A stretch of 64,000 nt of DNA from a bacterium (GTDB taxonomy: Bacteria; Patescibacteriota; Minisyncoccia; Phycocordibacterales; VMGT01), in the NCBI GenBank assembly GCA_030697645.1, contig JAUYPI010000008.1, forward strand, positions 4,301-68,300, in the 5' to 3' direction. The position numbers were made by a program, and so were the translations under genes. This document shows positions 36,862 through 46,196 of the stretch, piece by piece. Below the pieces are notes generated by a model that saw only the letters and a list, made by a program, of their open reading frames with translations, was not told the DNA's origin and made no database searches. Numbering within the stretch: position 1 is the stretch's first letter; each line of letters opens with the position of its first letter.

Positions 36862-37227
36862 ATGAAAAATTTTCTGAAGCCGACGAGGGTGACGTGCTTA
36901 GTAATGACACTGTTCTTCTGTGTAGTTCTTATCGGGCTACTTTTTTCTTCGGGCATTTTGCCGGACATTGGGATGGCGACTACTTTTTTTGTTGGAATTG
37001 CAATCGTCGTATTATTGGTACCGGCCGTGTTGTTCGATCAGGTGGGTATTCCAACATTACATCCCAGCAGTGGGGCTTTTCTTGCACTTCCCAACCCAAC
37101 CGTCCTCGGTTTCGCAGCGAGCATTTTTACAAGCACCGTGATTCTCTATCTGGCCGCAAGTACCGTTTCATTACTTTGGTACAAACTGCGATCGAAATCA
37201 AAACTTCCCGACTCAAAGGCGCGTTGA
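36862..37227 (+). CDS. hypothetical small membrane protein (3 TM)
   Basis: ORF abutting the prfB stop, with hydrophobic helices. GC is lower than neighbours. Confidence 0.45.
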   Translation: MKNFLKPTRVTCLVMTLFFCVVLIGLLFSSGILPDIGMATTFFVGIAIVVLLVPAVLFDQVGIPTLHPSSGAFLALPNPTVLGFAASIFTSTVILYLAASTVSLLWYKLRSKSKLPDSKAR

Positions 37228-37236
37228 ACTACTGAA

Positions 37237-37305
37237 TTGGAAGTGAGTAGTTCGTTGTTGGCAGTTGCGTCAGCATGATTTACTTCGACAAAGTTTCAAA
37301 AATAT
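37237..37305 (+). repeat. direct repeat, copy 1 (duplicated ftsE 5' region)
   Basis: TTGGAAGTGAGTAGTTCGTTGTTGGCAGTTGCGTCAGCATGATTTACTTCGACAAAGTTTCAAAAATAT is about 94 % identical to 38033-38100. It includes the ftsE start codon and its first 10 codons ([10 protein letters not shown]). Confidence 0.85.
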
Positions 37306-37633
37306 GGATCAAAAATCAGTTGATAAAAAAATTAAGACCATTGTGGATACGATCGTCCGTACGTTTAAGCCGGAGAAGGTTATTCTCTTTGGCTCGTACG
37401 CGTGGGGCGTACCGACCGAAGACAGCGATGTTGATCTGCTGGTTGTGGGAGAATCCGCGAAGCCGCGGCGTGAGCGGGAGCGTGATATAGATAGGTCACT
37501 GGTTCCGCGTACGATGCCGCTCGATATTCTCGCGTATACACCGAAGGAACTTCGTGAGAAAATAGACGACGATCGAAATTTATTTCTCGAAGATATCGTC
37601 AGTAATGGCACCGTGCTTTATGCCGATGACTAA
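37304..37633 (+). CDS. minimal nucleotidyltransferase (MNT) antitoxin of a HEPN/MNT toxin-antitoxin pair
   Basis: Pol-beta-type nucleotidyltransferase motif GSYAWGVPTEDSDVDLLV (GS-x9-13-DxD). Overlaps the downstream HEPN gene by 8 nt. Confidence 0.8.
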   Translation: MDQKSVDKKIKTIVDTIVRTFKPEKVILFGSYAWGVPTEDSDVDLLVVGESAKPRRERERDIDRSLVPRTMPLDILAYTPKELREKIDDDRNLFLEDIVSNGTVLYADD

Positions 37634-38009
37634 ATACGTCGTGGATTGGTTTCATCGCGCCGATGAAGATTTACAGATGGTTGATTTGGCGCTGAAAGAG
37701 GACGGTCCCGTCAACCCCGTTTGTTTTCATGCGCAACAAGCCGCAGAGAAATACCTGAAAGGGTTTCTTGCTTTCCACGCCCAGAACGTACGGAAAATAC
37801 ACGATCTCAAGGCGCTGCTCCAGGAGTGTCAAAATGTTGACCCCTCGTTCCGCGAGCTTGATGAAGACACAGCGGTGCTCAACCGATTTTATATGACGTC
37901 TCGATACCCCGACGACACGCCAGAGTTTAGCTCTGCTGAATGCAGAGAGGCATCCGAGGCTGCTGTGCGGATCAAAGAGTTTGTGTTGAAAAAAATGGAT
38001 GACAAGTAG
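37626..38009 (+). CDS. HEPN-domain protein (HepT-like toxin)
   Basis: PF05168-like HEPN pattern (AQQAAEKYLKGFL ... RFYMTSRYPD). Partner of the MNT gene. Confidence 0.8.
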   Translation: MTKYVVDWFHRADEDLQMVDLALKEDGPVNPVCFHAQQAAEKYLKGFLAFHAQNVRKIHDLKALLQECQNVDPSFRELDEDTAVLNRFYMTSRYPDDTPEFSSAECREASEAAVRIKEFVLKKMDDK

Positions 38010-38032
38010 ACGAGGGTCGGAAGTTCGTCATT

Positions 38033-38100
38033 GAAAGTGAGTAATTCGTTGTTGGCAGTTGCGTACGCATGATTTACTTCGACAAAGTTTCAAAAATATA
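38033..38100 (+). repeat. direct repeat, copy 2 (native ftsE 5' region)
   Basis: Matches 37237-37305 and here continues into full-length ftsE. Confidence 0.85.
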
Positions 38101-38752
38101 CAATGGCGGCACGGTGGCGCTCGAGGACGTCACGCTCACGGTGGACTCCAAGGAGTTTGTCTCGATCGTTGGCCACAGCGGGGCCGGGAAGACGACGCTT
38201 CTCAAGATGCTGCTTGCCGAGGACTTTCCGACAGCGGGCGCGGTGTATTTTGAGTCTACGGACATCCACTCGCTTCGCCGGAGAGCGATCAGCCGCCTGC
38301 GGCGGCGCATCGGCATGATTTTTCAGGATTTTCGGCTCCTTCCCGCCCGTACCGCCTATGAGAATGTCGCGTTTGCGATGGAGGCCGCAGGCCGCAGTGA
38401 TGAGGAAATCCAGTCCGACGTGCCGTATGCGCTTGGTCTCGTTGATCTCGAGGAACACATGTGGAACTTCCCCCATGAGCTCTCCGGGGGCGAGAAGCAG
38501 CGCGTGGCGATCGCGCGTGCGATCGTGAACCAGCCGGACATTTTGGTCGCCGACGAGCCGACGGGGAACCTCGATCCGGTCAATACCTATGATATCGTGC
38601 AGATTTTGAAAAAAATCAACGGCCTCGGCACAACCGTGCTGCTCACGACGCACAACACCGGCGTCGTGGAATCCCTCAAACGTCGCGTCATTACGATGGA
38701 GCGCGGCAGGGTGGTCGGAGACGAGGCGCATGGACACTATAATAACCACTGA
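38069..38752 (+). CDS. ftsE: cell-division ABC transporter ATP-binding protein FtsE
   Basis: [14 protein letters not shown], Walker [13 protein letters not shown] signature [14 protein letters not shown], Walker B ILVADEPT. Followed by ftsX. Confidence 0.9.
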   Translation: MIYFDKVSKIYNGGTVALEDVTLTVDSKEFVSIVGHSGAGKTTLLKMLLAEDFPTAGAVYFESTDIHSLRRRAISRLRRRIGMIFQDFRLLPARTAYENVAFAMEAAGRSDEEIQSDVPYALGLVDLEEHMWNFPHELSGGEKQRVAIARAIVNQPDILVADEPTGNLDPVNTYDIVQILKKINGLGTTVLLTTHNTGVVESLKRRVITMERGRVVGDEAHGHYNNH

Positions 38753-38803
38753 GCTTTTAGCATGGACGGCGACGGCGAAGCTTCTAAAAGCTAACAGCTC
38801 GCA
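38752..38803. repeat. family C short palindromic element between ftsE and ftsX
   Basis: TGAGCTTTTAGCATGGACGGCGACGGCGAAGCTTCTAAAAGCTAACAGCTCGC. Confidence 0.7.
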
Positions 38804-38806
38804 CTT

Positions 38807-39730
38807 ATGTTGATTTCTCTCAAACGCATCTTCCGCTCCGGCTTTCTTGATTTTTGGCGCAATAGCGTCGTGTCATTCTCGTCCGTTTTCGTGCTTACGG
38901 TGACGCTCTTTGTGATCGGTTGCCTGCTTTTCCTCCAGGCGACGCTTGAGTCTACGCTCCAAGAGCTTCGTGATAAAGTGGACGTGAATGTATATTTTAT
39001 TCCGATTGCGGGAGAGGCAGACATCCTTGGGGTGAAAACCCAGATCGAGGCGCTGCCGGAGGTTGAGCGCGTCGAGTATGTGACGCGCGAGCAGGCACTT
39101 GAGAATTTCCGCATCCGCCACGCGGACGACCAGCTCACTCTCCAGGCGCTCGACGAGCTCGGCGATAATCCCCTCGGCGCCGTGCTGAATGTAAAGGCCC
39201 GCGAGCCCTCGCAGTACGAGAGCGTTGCGCGTTTTCTTGAGTCCTCGCCCGCGCTCTCGAAGGGAGAATCCTCGATCGTAGACAACGTTAATTATTTCCA
39301 GAATAAAATCGCGATCGAGCGCCTCGCGGGCTTCATTGACGTCTCCGAGCGCGTCGGACTCCTTGCGACGATCGCGCTTGCAGCGATTTCCGTCCTCATT
39401 ACATTCAACACGATCCGTCTTGCGATCTACACCTCGCGCGATGAGATAGCGGTGATGAAGCTCGTCGGGGCTTCAAGCGCCTATGTGCGGGGACCGTTTA
39501 TTATCGAGGGTGTGCTCGCAGGCGTCGTCGCGGGAGTGCTTGCGCTCGGGCTCTTTTATCCGCTCACCTACTGGCTCGGGCCGATTACCGAGCAGTTTTT
39601 CGCAAGCATTAATCTATTTATCTACTACCGCGCGCATTTTGCGGAAATATTTTTGATCGTGATGGGATCCGGCATCGCCCTCGGCGCCCTCTCGAGCTTC
39701 CTTGCGACGAAGAGGTATCTCAGGGTTTAG
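38807..39730 (+). CDS. ftsX: cell-division permease FtsX
   Basis: One N-terminal TM, a large periplasmic loop, then three C-terminal TM helices (FtsX/MacB-type permease fold). Confidence 0.85.
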   Translation: MLISLKRIFRSGFLDFWRNSVVSFSSVFVLTVTLFVIGCLLFLQATLESTLQELRDKVDVNVYFIPIAGEADILGVKTQIEALPEVERVEYVTREQALENFRIRHADDQLTLQALDELGDNPLGAVLNVKAREPSQYESVARFLESSPALSKGESSIVDNVNYFQNKIAIERLAGFIDVSERVGLLATIALAAISVLITFNTIRLAIYTSRDEIAVMKLVGASSAYVRGPFIIEGVLAGVVAGVLALGLFYPLTYWLGPITEQFFASINLFIYYRAHFAEIFLIVMGSGIALGALSSFLATKRYLRV

Positions 39731-39882
39731 AAATTCGAAATACGAATATCAAATCCGAGCCGAACATTTGACATGTAACATTTGACATTTGACCGCGTCG
39801 CCTCGTCTGTCAAATGTCAATGGTCAATTGTCACATGTTCTGTTCGTGCTTCGATATTCGGATTTAGGCATATTCGGATTTC
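39731..39882. repeat. family D palindromic element (CATTTGACA words) with CGCGTCGCCTCGTC core, nested in outer arms
   Basis: Outer arms GAAATACGAATATCAAATCCGAG / CTTCGATATTCGGATTTAGGCATATTCGGATTTC. Inner AACATTTGACATGTAACATTTGACATTTGACCGCGTCGCCTCGTCTGTCAAATGTCAATGGTCAATTGTCACATGTT. Confidence 0.8.
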
Positions 39883-39930
39883 GTGACTGATAGGTCATCG
39901 GAAGTTGCACAGACTTTTTACGGCTACATC

Positions 39931-41598
39931 ATGGCTAAAAAGACAACGCACAAATACATCTTCGTCGTCGGCGGCGTGATGTCCGGCGTCGGGAAGGGCA
40001 TCGCCGCATCCTCGATAGGAAAGATCTTGCAGGCTCGGGGGTATCGCGTGACCGCTCTTAAGATCGACCCGTACATAAACGTTGATGCGGGCACGATGAA
40101 TCCCACGGAGCACGGGGAAGTTTTTGTGCTCCGCGACGGCATGGAGTGCGATCAGGACATGGGCAACTACGAGCGATTTCTCGGTACTGATCTCACGCGC
40201 GCGAACTATATGACCACGGGGAGCATCTATCTCTCTGTTATCAATCGGGAGCGGAATCTCGGCTACGACGGCAAGTTCGTGAGCGTCGTGCCCTATATCC
40301 CCCTTGAGGTTATTGATCGTATCAATAAGGCGGCAAAAGACTGCGATGCCGAGATCGCCATTACTGAGATAGGCGGCACCGCAGGAGAATATGAAAATTT
40401 GTTATTCCTTGAGGCAGTGAAGATGCTCAAGATCAAACGCCCCGGGAGCGTCGTGCTCGTGCTCGTGACGTTTCTCCCCTTGCTTGATAATGATAACGAG
40501 CTTAAAACGAAGCCGACCCAACATGCCGTTCGCGCCCTGAATGCCGCCGGTCTGCAGCCGGACATCGTCATTGCGCGAGCCCGGGACGGTATCGACAAGA
40601 AGCGCCGCGAAAAGATCGCCTTTTTTTGCAGCGTGCGAAAGGAGGATGTCATATCCGCGCCGAATGTCTACAGCATCTACGAAGTGCCGGTAAACTTTGA
40701 GCGTGATAATTTAAGCGCTTCCATTCTGCGCAAGCTCCACCTGCGCGCGCGCGGGACAGACATGAAGGAGTGGCGCGCATTTGTGGAAAAAATTCATGCT
40801 TCAGAGGAGCCGGTGCGTATTGGCATTGTCGGCAAGTATTTCGGCACCGGTAGTTACATTCTTGCGGATTCATATATTTCCGTAATCGAGGCGGTGAAGC
40901 ACGCCGCGTTCAGCGAGCGTCGCAAACCGCAGATCGAGTGGCTTGACGCCGAGACATTTGAGAAAAAGAAAGGCGTCGCGCTGACCGCGAACCTGGAGAA
41001 GTTGTGTGAGTACGACGGCATCATCGTCCCGGGTGGGTTTGGTGCGCGCGGCGTCGAGGGAAAAATAGCGGTGATTGAGTTCTGCCGCAAAAATAAAATC
41101 CCCTACCTCGGCCTCTGCTACGGCATGCAGCTCTCACTCGTCGAGTATGCGCGGCATGTCGCGGGGCTCACGGGGGCGCATACGACGGAGATCGCGCCCG
41201 ATGCGCCGCACCCGGTGATCGACGTGATGCCCGAGCAGAAGAAGCTCATCGCCGAAGGACGTTACGGCGGCACCATGCGCCTCGGCGCCTACACGGCGCT
41301 CCTCTCGCGCGACACGATCGCACACGAGGCGTACCGTACACATGAGATCAGCGAGCGTCATCGGCATCGCTACGAGGTGAACCCAGAGTACATCGAGCAG
41401 CTTGAAAAGGCAGGGGTGGTCTTCTCCGGCCGCTCGCCCGACGGTACCCTGATGGAAATCGCGGAGCTCCCGCGCTCGGTGCACCCCTTCTTTCTCGGCA
41501 CCCAATTCCACCCCGAGCTCCAGAGCCGTCCGCTGCGTCCGCATCCGCTCTTCGTCGAGTTCATAAAAGCCGCGATCAGCGCCGAGCGTTCGGCCTGA
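39931..41598 (+). CDS. pyrG: CTP synthase
   Basis: KYIFVVGGVMSGVGKGIAASS N-terminus and a class-I glutamine amidotransferase domain (GLCYGMQL ... HPE). Confidence 0.9.
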   Translation: MAKKTTHKYIFVVGGVMSGVGKGIAASSIGKILQARGYRVTALKIDPYINVDAGTMNPTEHGEVFVLRDGMECDQDMGNYERFLGTDLTRANYMTTGSIYLSVINRERNLGYDGKFVSVVPYIPLEVIDRINKAAKDCDAEIAITEIGGTAGEYENLLFLEAVKMLKIKRPGSVVLVLVTFLPLLDNDNELKTKPTQHAVRALNAAGLQPDIVIARARDGIDKKRREKIAFFCSVRKEDVISAPNVYSIYEVPVNFERDNLSASILRKLHLRARGTDMKEWRAFVEKIHASEEPVRIGIVGKYFGTGSYILADSYISVIEAVKHAAFSERRKPQIEWLDAETFEKKKGVALTANLEKLCEYDGIIVPGGFGARGVEGKIAVIEFCRKNKIPYLGLCYGMQLSLVEYARHVAGLTGAHTTEIAPDAPHPVIDVMPEQKKLIAEGRYGGTMRLGAYTALLSRDTIAHEAYRTHEISERHRHRYEVNPEYIEQLEKAGVVFSGRSPDGTLMEIAELPRSVHPFFLGTQFHPELQSRPLRPHPLFVEFIKAAISAERSA

Positions 41599-41938
41599 AC
41601 TACGCGGGGCTTGCTCCCGCGTGGTTCAGGGATTTGGACAGAAATAAAAATTGAAGTAATTTTAGACCTACGCAAAATGTAAAAAATGGCTTAATCGGCA
41701 TGTGCAAACTTGTTTTAGTGGCTTGCTTGTATCGCTTATCAACTATTTTGCGTAGGTCCTATAATTAAAATCTTGGTCACCAAGTAGCTGGAAGCCGACT
41801 TAATTTTTTGCGATGATTGACAGGCTGTTCCATGAATGTTACTTTTATAGACAGCGATCAGTGCTGATGAGGTGTGGTTCGAGCTTCTGTTGCAGCCATT
41901 GTATTTGATATATTATTCGCAAAATTTTTTACGCTATC

Positions 41939-42145
41939 ATGCAAGAAGGAACAATCGCCCGCCTCATTGCGGGCAAAGGCTTCGGCTTTATAAAGTGCGA
42001 AGGCCAAGAAAGGGATCTCTTTTTCCACTCGAACGAACTTGTGGGTGTACGGTTCGACGAACTTCACGAAGGTGACAAGGTGACATTTGAAATCGCCGAC
42101 AGTCCGAAAGGGCCGAACGCGATTAGGGTAAACAAGGTATCCTAA
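41939..42145 (+). CDS. cspA: cold-shock protein (CspA family)
   Basis: RNP1/RNP2 motifs GKGFGFI and DLFFHSN. 68 aa. Confidence 0.85.
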   Translation: MQEGTIARLIAGKGFGFIKCEGQERDLFFHSNELVGVRFDELHEGDKVTFEIADSPKGPNAIRVNKVS

Positions 42146-42161
42146 GGGCTCATCCACTAAT

Positions 42162-42190
42162 CGCTGCGGGACATCCGATGTCCCGCAGCG
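42162..42190 (+). terminator. csp terminator hairpin CGCTGCGGGACAT-ccga-TGTCCCGCAGCG
   Basis: Perfect 12- to 13-bp stem just after the csp stop. Confidence 0.65.
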
Positions 42191-42267
42191 ATAGTGCTAT
42201 CTCGCATTCCGAACCGCAGTCTTGATGTGCTATAGTACAAGCGCGCATGCATGCGCGCTTTCTATTT

Positions 42268-42341
42268 TGCCGGGTCGTCTAAAGGTAGGACAATTGCCTC
42301 TGGAGCAATTTATCTTGGTTCGAGTCCAAGCCCGGCAGCCA
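42268..42341 (+). tRNA. tRNA-Gln(CUG)
   Basis: Cloverleaf: acceptor TGCCGGG/CCCGGCA, D-arm GTC-TAAAGGTAG-GAC, anticodon arm ATTGC-CTCTGGA-GCAAT (anticodon CUG), T-arm CTTGG-TTCGAGT-CCAAG, discriminator G, then CCA. Confidence 0.75.
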
Positions 42342-42351
42342 GTGTGGAGAA

Positions 42352-42373
42352 GCGGCGGCGAGAGCCGCTTTTT
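42352..42373 (+). terminator. terminator hairpin GCGGC-ggcgaga-GCCGC + TTTTT after tRNA-Gln
   Basis: GC stem followed by T5. Confidence 0.6.
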
Positions 42374-42789
42374 GGCTTGCTATAGAGCCAGATTTTGTAG
42401 GTTCGAACCATGGCTGTTGGGCCTAAACCGCGATACGTGACTCTTTACTGAGGCAATGCACATATAGGATTTTTTTGAAAAATAGCGGTTCGAAAGCGTA
42501 GAGACGGTGGTAGACGAGAAACCATTGACTTAGGTGTGCGGTTATGTATACTAGAACGAGGTTAACAACTACATATGGTGTATCCAGAGTACGGAGATGC
42601 GAAGGGTAATGGCCCAATGCTCCGTCCGCAACCTGTTCGCCGAGTGGCGAAAAAGGTGCGAACTCCATCCTTCAGACTTCCTGTTTGAAGGAAAGATACG
42701 TTCTAAAATTGGATGTCTGGATACACCGCCTTCGTGGGCGGTGTATTTGTTTGGTAGAAGGTCCTTGACAATACTATAAGGAACAACGC

Positions 42790-44208
42790 ATGGTACAAAA
42801 ACATAGTACGGCCGAACCAAGCATCCTTCAGTTGCTTGGAATCGTTGGATACGACTCAGTTGAGTCGGTAGTCATCGCCGCGCTCGCGACGGAAGCTCCG
42901 CTGCTCATTATCGGCCCACACGGGACTGCAAAATCATTGCTGCTGAATTTGCTCGCGGAGGCACTTCGTCTTGAACATCGCCATTATAATGCAGCGATGA
43001 TCAATTTCGACGACCTCATCGGGTTTCCGTATCCGAACGAAAGCAAGACTGGCCTTGAGTATATACCAACGAAAGGCTCTATATGGGGAGTAGAGTCTGT
43101 GTTTATTGACGAAATATCACGCACTCGCGTTGATATGCAAAACCGGCTGTTCCCAATCATCCACGAGAAGATGATCCAAGGCATTCCGCTTTCGGGTCTT
43201 CGTTTCAGATGGGCGGCCATGAACCCTCCACGAAAGGACGAGGAAGAAGAGCGCGGGTGGACGTACGAAGGCTCGGAGCCACTTGATGTGGCGTTGGCGG
43301 ACCGATTTCCGTTTATTCTTTCACTTCCGTCTTTTGCAGCGTTTTCCGAGAGCCACAAGCTCGCGGTCATTCGCGGCCAGCCGGAAGTGGAAGCTGCAAA
43401 AGTTGGCACTCTGCTCTCTCAGCGAATTAACCTCGCGAGAGTTGCGGCAGGGGAAGTAAGGAAAACTTTGAGCGAGAGTATCGGCTCCTATGTCCTTGCC
43501 ATTCATGCGCTTCTTGAAAAGATGAAACGGCCAATATCACCGAGACGCGCCCGCATGCTCCACGATGCCATTGTTGGGGTTATCGCGGCGGAATCGGTTG
43601 CCGGTCGCCACGATTCAAAGTCCGCGACATTCATGGCGCTTACGAACGCCTTACCGCATCCCGCGTACGGCGAGGTTATAGATGCGTTAGAATTACTCAC
43701 GGCCCATAACCAGGCGTGGAAATTAGCCGAAATTCCTGCAACGGATCCAAGGCGACTCATCTTTGCCGAACCCAATCCGGTGAAGCGGGTGGCGTTGGGA
43801 TTATCACTCTCGATTCCGGATTTGGATATGTCGATCCTAGTGCAGGACGCGTACGCCTCGCTTGAGGCAGTTGAGCGCATCTGCTTTGGGGTTGCGCTCT
43901 ATCCTATAGTGAGTACCACGAAAAATCTGACAGCCGTTGCGTTCGAGGCTCTAGCCGACGAATGGTTCGAGGTTGAGAATCAATCGGCGCGCAGACATCA
44001 AGTGGCGAGCGGGTCGAAACGGCATCGGCAGTGGCAAAAACTGGTCGATTGGATCAGTGAGCAGACGACGAACACCTTAGAAGAAAGTGTGAAAGTTAAT
44101 ATCGCACTTGTCCTCTTTGAGCGGGAAGTCGAGTTTGAACCGGAAATCGTCGCACTGACCTTCAACAAGTTTAACGAGTTATTCCCCTGGAGAAAGGAAA
44201 ACGTATGA
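42790..44208 (+). CDS. MoxR-like AAA+ ATPase with C-terminal extension
   Basis: Walker A LLIIGPHGTAKS, Walker B VFIDEISR, sensor and arginine-finger region. Lower GC than the core genome. The stop overlaps the next start (ATGA). Confidence 0.8.
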   Translation: MVQKHSTAEPSILQLLGIVGYDSVESVVIAALATEAPLLIIGPHGTAKSLLLNLLAEALRLEHRHYNAAMINFDDLIGFPYPNESKTGLEYIPTKGSIWGVESVFIDEISRTRVDMQNRLFPIIHEKMIQGIPLSGLRFRWAAMNPPRKDEEEERGWTYEGSEPLDVALADRFPFILSLPSFAAFSESHKLAVIRGQPEVEAAKVGTLLSQRINLARVAAGEVRKTLSESIGSYVLAIHALLEKMKRPISPRRARMLHDAIVGVIAAESVAGRHDSKSATFMALTNALPHPAYGEVIDALELLTAHNQAWKLAEIPATDPRRLIFAEPNPVKRVALGLSLSIPDLDMSILVQDAYASLEAVERICFGVALYPIVSTTKNLTAVAFEALADEWFEVENQSARRHQVASGSKRHRQWQKLVDWISEQTTNTLEESVKVNIALVLFEREVEFEPEIVALTFNKFNELFPWRKENV

Positions 44209-44711
44209 GAGAAATCGCCCGTGCGCTGCACAACATGAGCTCATCTTCACGCTCAACCGCGTATGTCAAACCGCGTCGAGTCGAATCACCCCCGACTCTG
44301 GCCCATGGAGCAAGCGTAAGAAGTAATAGAGGTGTGACGATCTCGCTCCGCACGTCCGCTGATGAAGAGAGTTTTCTCAAAGGGCTTCATGACGAGATTC
44401 TCTTAGGCGCACTATGCACGACCATTGAGGAGGATTTGAGAGACATTGCCAACAGGACTGTTATCGAACACGGCCTCATTGGTTGCGTTCTGGTGCATCT
44501 TTACTCTGGCACATTGAGTAAAGCGACCTCATTGAGGTCATTAACGTGCCCCAAACTGAAACTAGCTCTCTTATCGAAAAGTTCAGATCGTTTGTTTGTG
44601 GCATCAAAAACGCCAAATCTTTCGATCAGCTTGCTTTACCGAGAGCTGGTTACCTTCGATTCACGGATCGTAGCGCTACAGGAGAAACTACATGAAGAGA
44701 CCGGAGCATAA
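44205..44711 (+). CDS. hypothetical protein (middle gene of the MoxR/vWA operon)
   Basis: 168 aa, translationally coupled at both ends. No recognisable domain. Confidence 0.45.
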   Translation: MREIARALHNMSSSSRSTAYVKPRRVESPPTLAHGASVRSNRGVTISLRTSADEESFLKGLHDEILLGALCTTIEEDLRDIANRTVIEHGLIGCVLVHLYSGTLSKATSLRSLTCPKLKLALLSKSSDRLFVASKTPNLSISLLYRELVTFDSRIVALQEKLHEETGA

Positions 44712-46140
44712 CGAGGATGCCGGGAATGCGCTCCGCGGACGCATTCTTGCGGCTTTCCCGGCAGGTCACTACGCGCTTGACGCATTCTTTCGCCTCACTG
44801 ACATCGTTGTCACAGACCGCGTGGATACGGCAGCGGTAGAGTGTGTTGCGGCACCACGGATGCTCGTCAATGGGCAGTTCGTCTCAAAACACTGCGCCAC
44901 CGATGAACACCTCTTCATGCTTATCCTGCATGAACTTCACCACGTGCTCATGGGGCATACCACTCTGTTCAAGCGAACAACAGTGCTCGATAACATCGCT
45001 TTTGACGCTGTGATAAATGCAATTCTCTCACAGCTCTTCAGAGAACCGATGTACTACTCGTTCTTCCAAAAGCTGTACAAGCCGGACAGATTACCGGATG
45101 CACTGCTTCGGCCGCCCGACGGTTGGCCGAAGGAATGGGACATCCCGATGAGTCTTCCGAAACCCGTATCAGAAATGATCCGAGTACTCTATTCGGAGGC
45201 AAGCGGTACCTACAAGGAGGTCTACGACCTCTTCAAGAAAGACACCGCGCTCAAAGAACACCTTGCCGGTGCAGGCATACCGCTTGACGGGAGAGGCCAA
45301 GATGGAACGTTGGGTACGGGGGGCGATGCTCAGTGCCCTCTTTTAGGGGATCATTCTCCTGAAGGAATAGTTGGACGAGGCGAGTCGGCCGCGAACAGCC
45401 CGGCCCTGGAGGGGGCTGTCCGCTCAATCGTTGAGAAGTGGCCAATGCCGCCGGATCCCATACGCGGCAGAAGCTCTGGCAGAGAACTCAGGGAGATCCT
45501 GCTTGAGAAGGTGAAAACTCCGCCTACGGCACAGAGGATCCTGGAGCGACTCATCAGGAAGATGGTTGAAGAGGGCCCTGCCGGCGGCGTGACGCGATAT
45601 ACGCTTCAAGACGTGGATCGAACGATCGAGCATCCCCTGCCGACACTACGCGATCGGCGGGCGCTTGTGGCCGCCAGTTTCGGCTGGCAACCGCTCGTGT
45701 ATCGAACCTCACTTGAAATAAGACGGCGACGTAAGGAACGAGGTATCACGTCGGTCTACGTTGATGTAAGTGGGAGCGTGGCTCGGTATCGATCACTTAT
45801 GGCTTCTCTTGTGAAGCCGTATGTTCTGAGAAAACGTGCTCGGCTCTTCGTATTCAGCGAAGTGGTGGATGCGGTCACCCCCGACGCGCTCAAGCGCGGC
45901 ATATACAAAACAACGGACGGCACGGATGCTGTCTGTATTTGGAAACACGCGAGTGAAAATGGCTTCAGAAAGATTGTCGTGCTCACTGACGGGTATGTCG
46001 GCAAGCCACCTCGGTATTGGTCTCATGAGCTATCAAAGAACGGCGTTCGAATATGTGTGGCGCTGGTCGCTGACGGCTATATGTGTGATCTTGAAGACAT
46101 TGCCGATGAGATCATAGAGTTACCACTGGAGTTAACCTGA
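44692..46140 (+). CDS. putative metallopeptidase (HExxH) domain fused to a vWA domain (DUF2201-like vWA partner of MoxR)
   Basis: N-terminal HELHHVLMGH zinc-binding motif. C-terminal von Willebrand A domain with MIDAS DVSGSV ... TDG. Confidence 0.75.
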   Translation: MKRPEHNEDAGNALRGRILAAFPAGHYALDAFFRLTDIVVTDRVDTAAVECVAAPRMLVNGQFVSKHCATDEHLFMLILHELHHVLMGHTTLFKRTTVLDNIAFDAVINAILSQLFREPMYYSFFQKLYKPDRLPDALLRPPDGWPKEWDIPMSLPKPVSEMIRVLYSEASGTYKEVYDLFKKDTALKEHLAGAGIPLDGRGQDGTLGTGGDAQCPLLGDHSPEGIVGRGESAANSPALEGAVRSIVEKWPMPPDPIRGRSSGRELREILLEKVKTPPTAQRILERLIRKMVEEGPAGGVTRYTLQDVDRTIEHPLPTLRDRRALVAASFGWQPLVYRTSLEIRRRRKERGITSVYVDVSGSVARYRSLMASLVKPYVLRKRARLFVFSEVVDAVTPDALKRGIYKTTDGTDAVCIWKHASENGFRKIVVLTDGYVGKPPRYWSHELSKNGVRICVALVADGYMCDLEDIADEIIELPLELT

Positions 46141-46196
46141 GAAGCAGAAGGTGAGACATTCGCTCGCGCATGCTTCACCCATAGAGAGGAAGAAGA

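Noticed and set aside
42374-42440. possible second tRNA after tRNA-Gln (GGTTCGAACC T-loop-like sequence)
   Set aside because: A T-stem cannot be formed around the TTCGAAC loop, and there is no acceptor stem or anticodon arm. GGTTCGAACC is simply a short palindrome.
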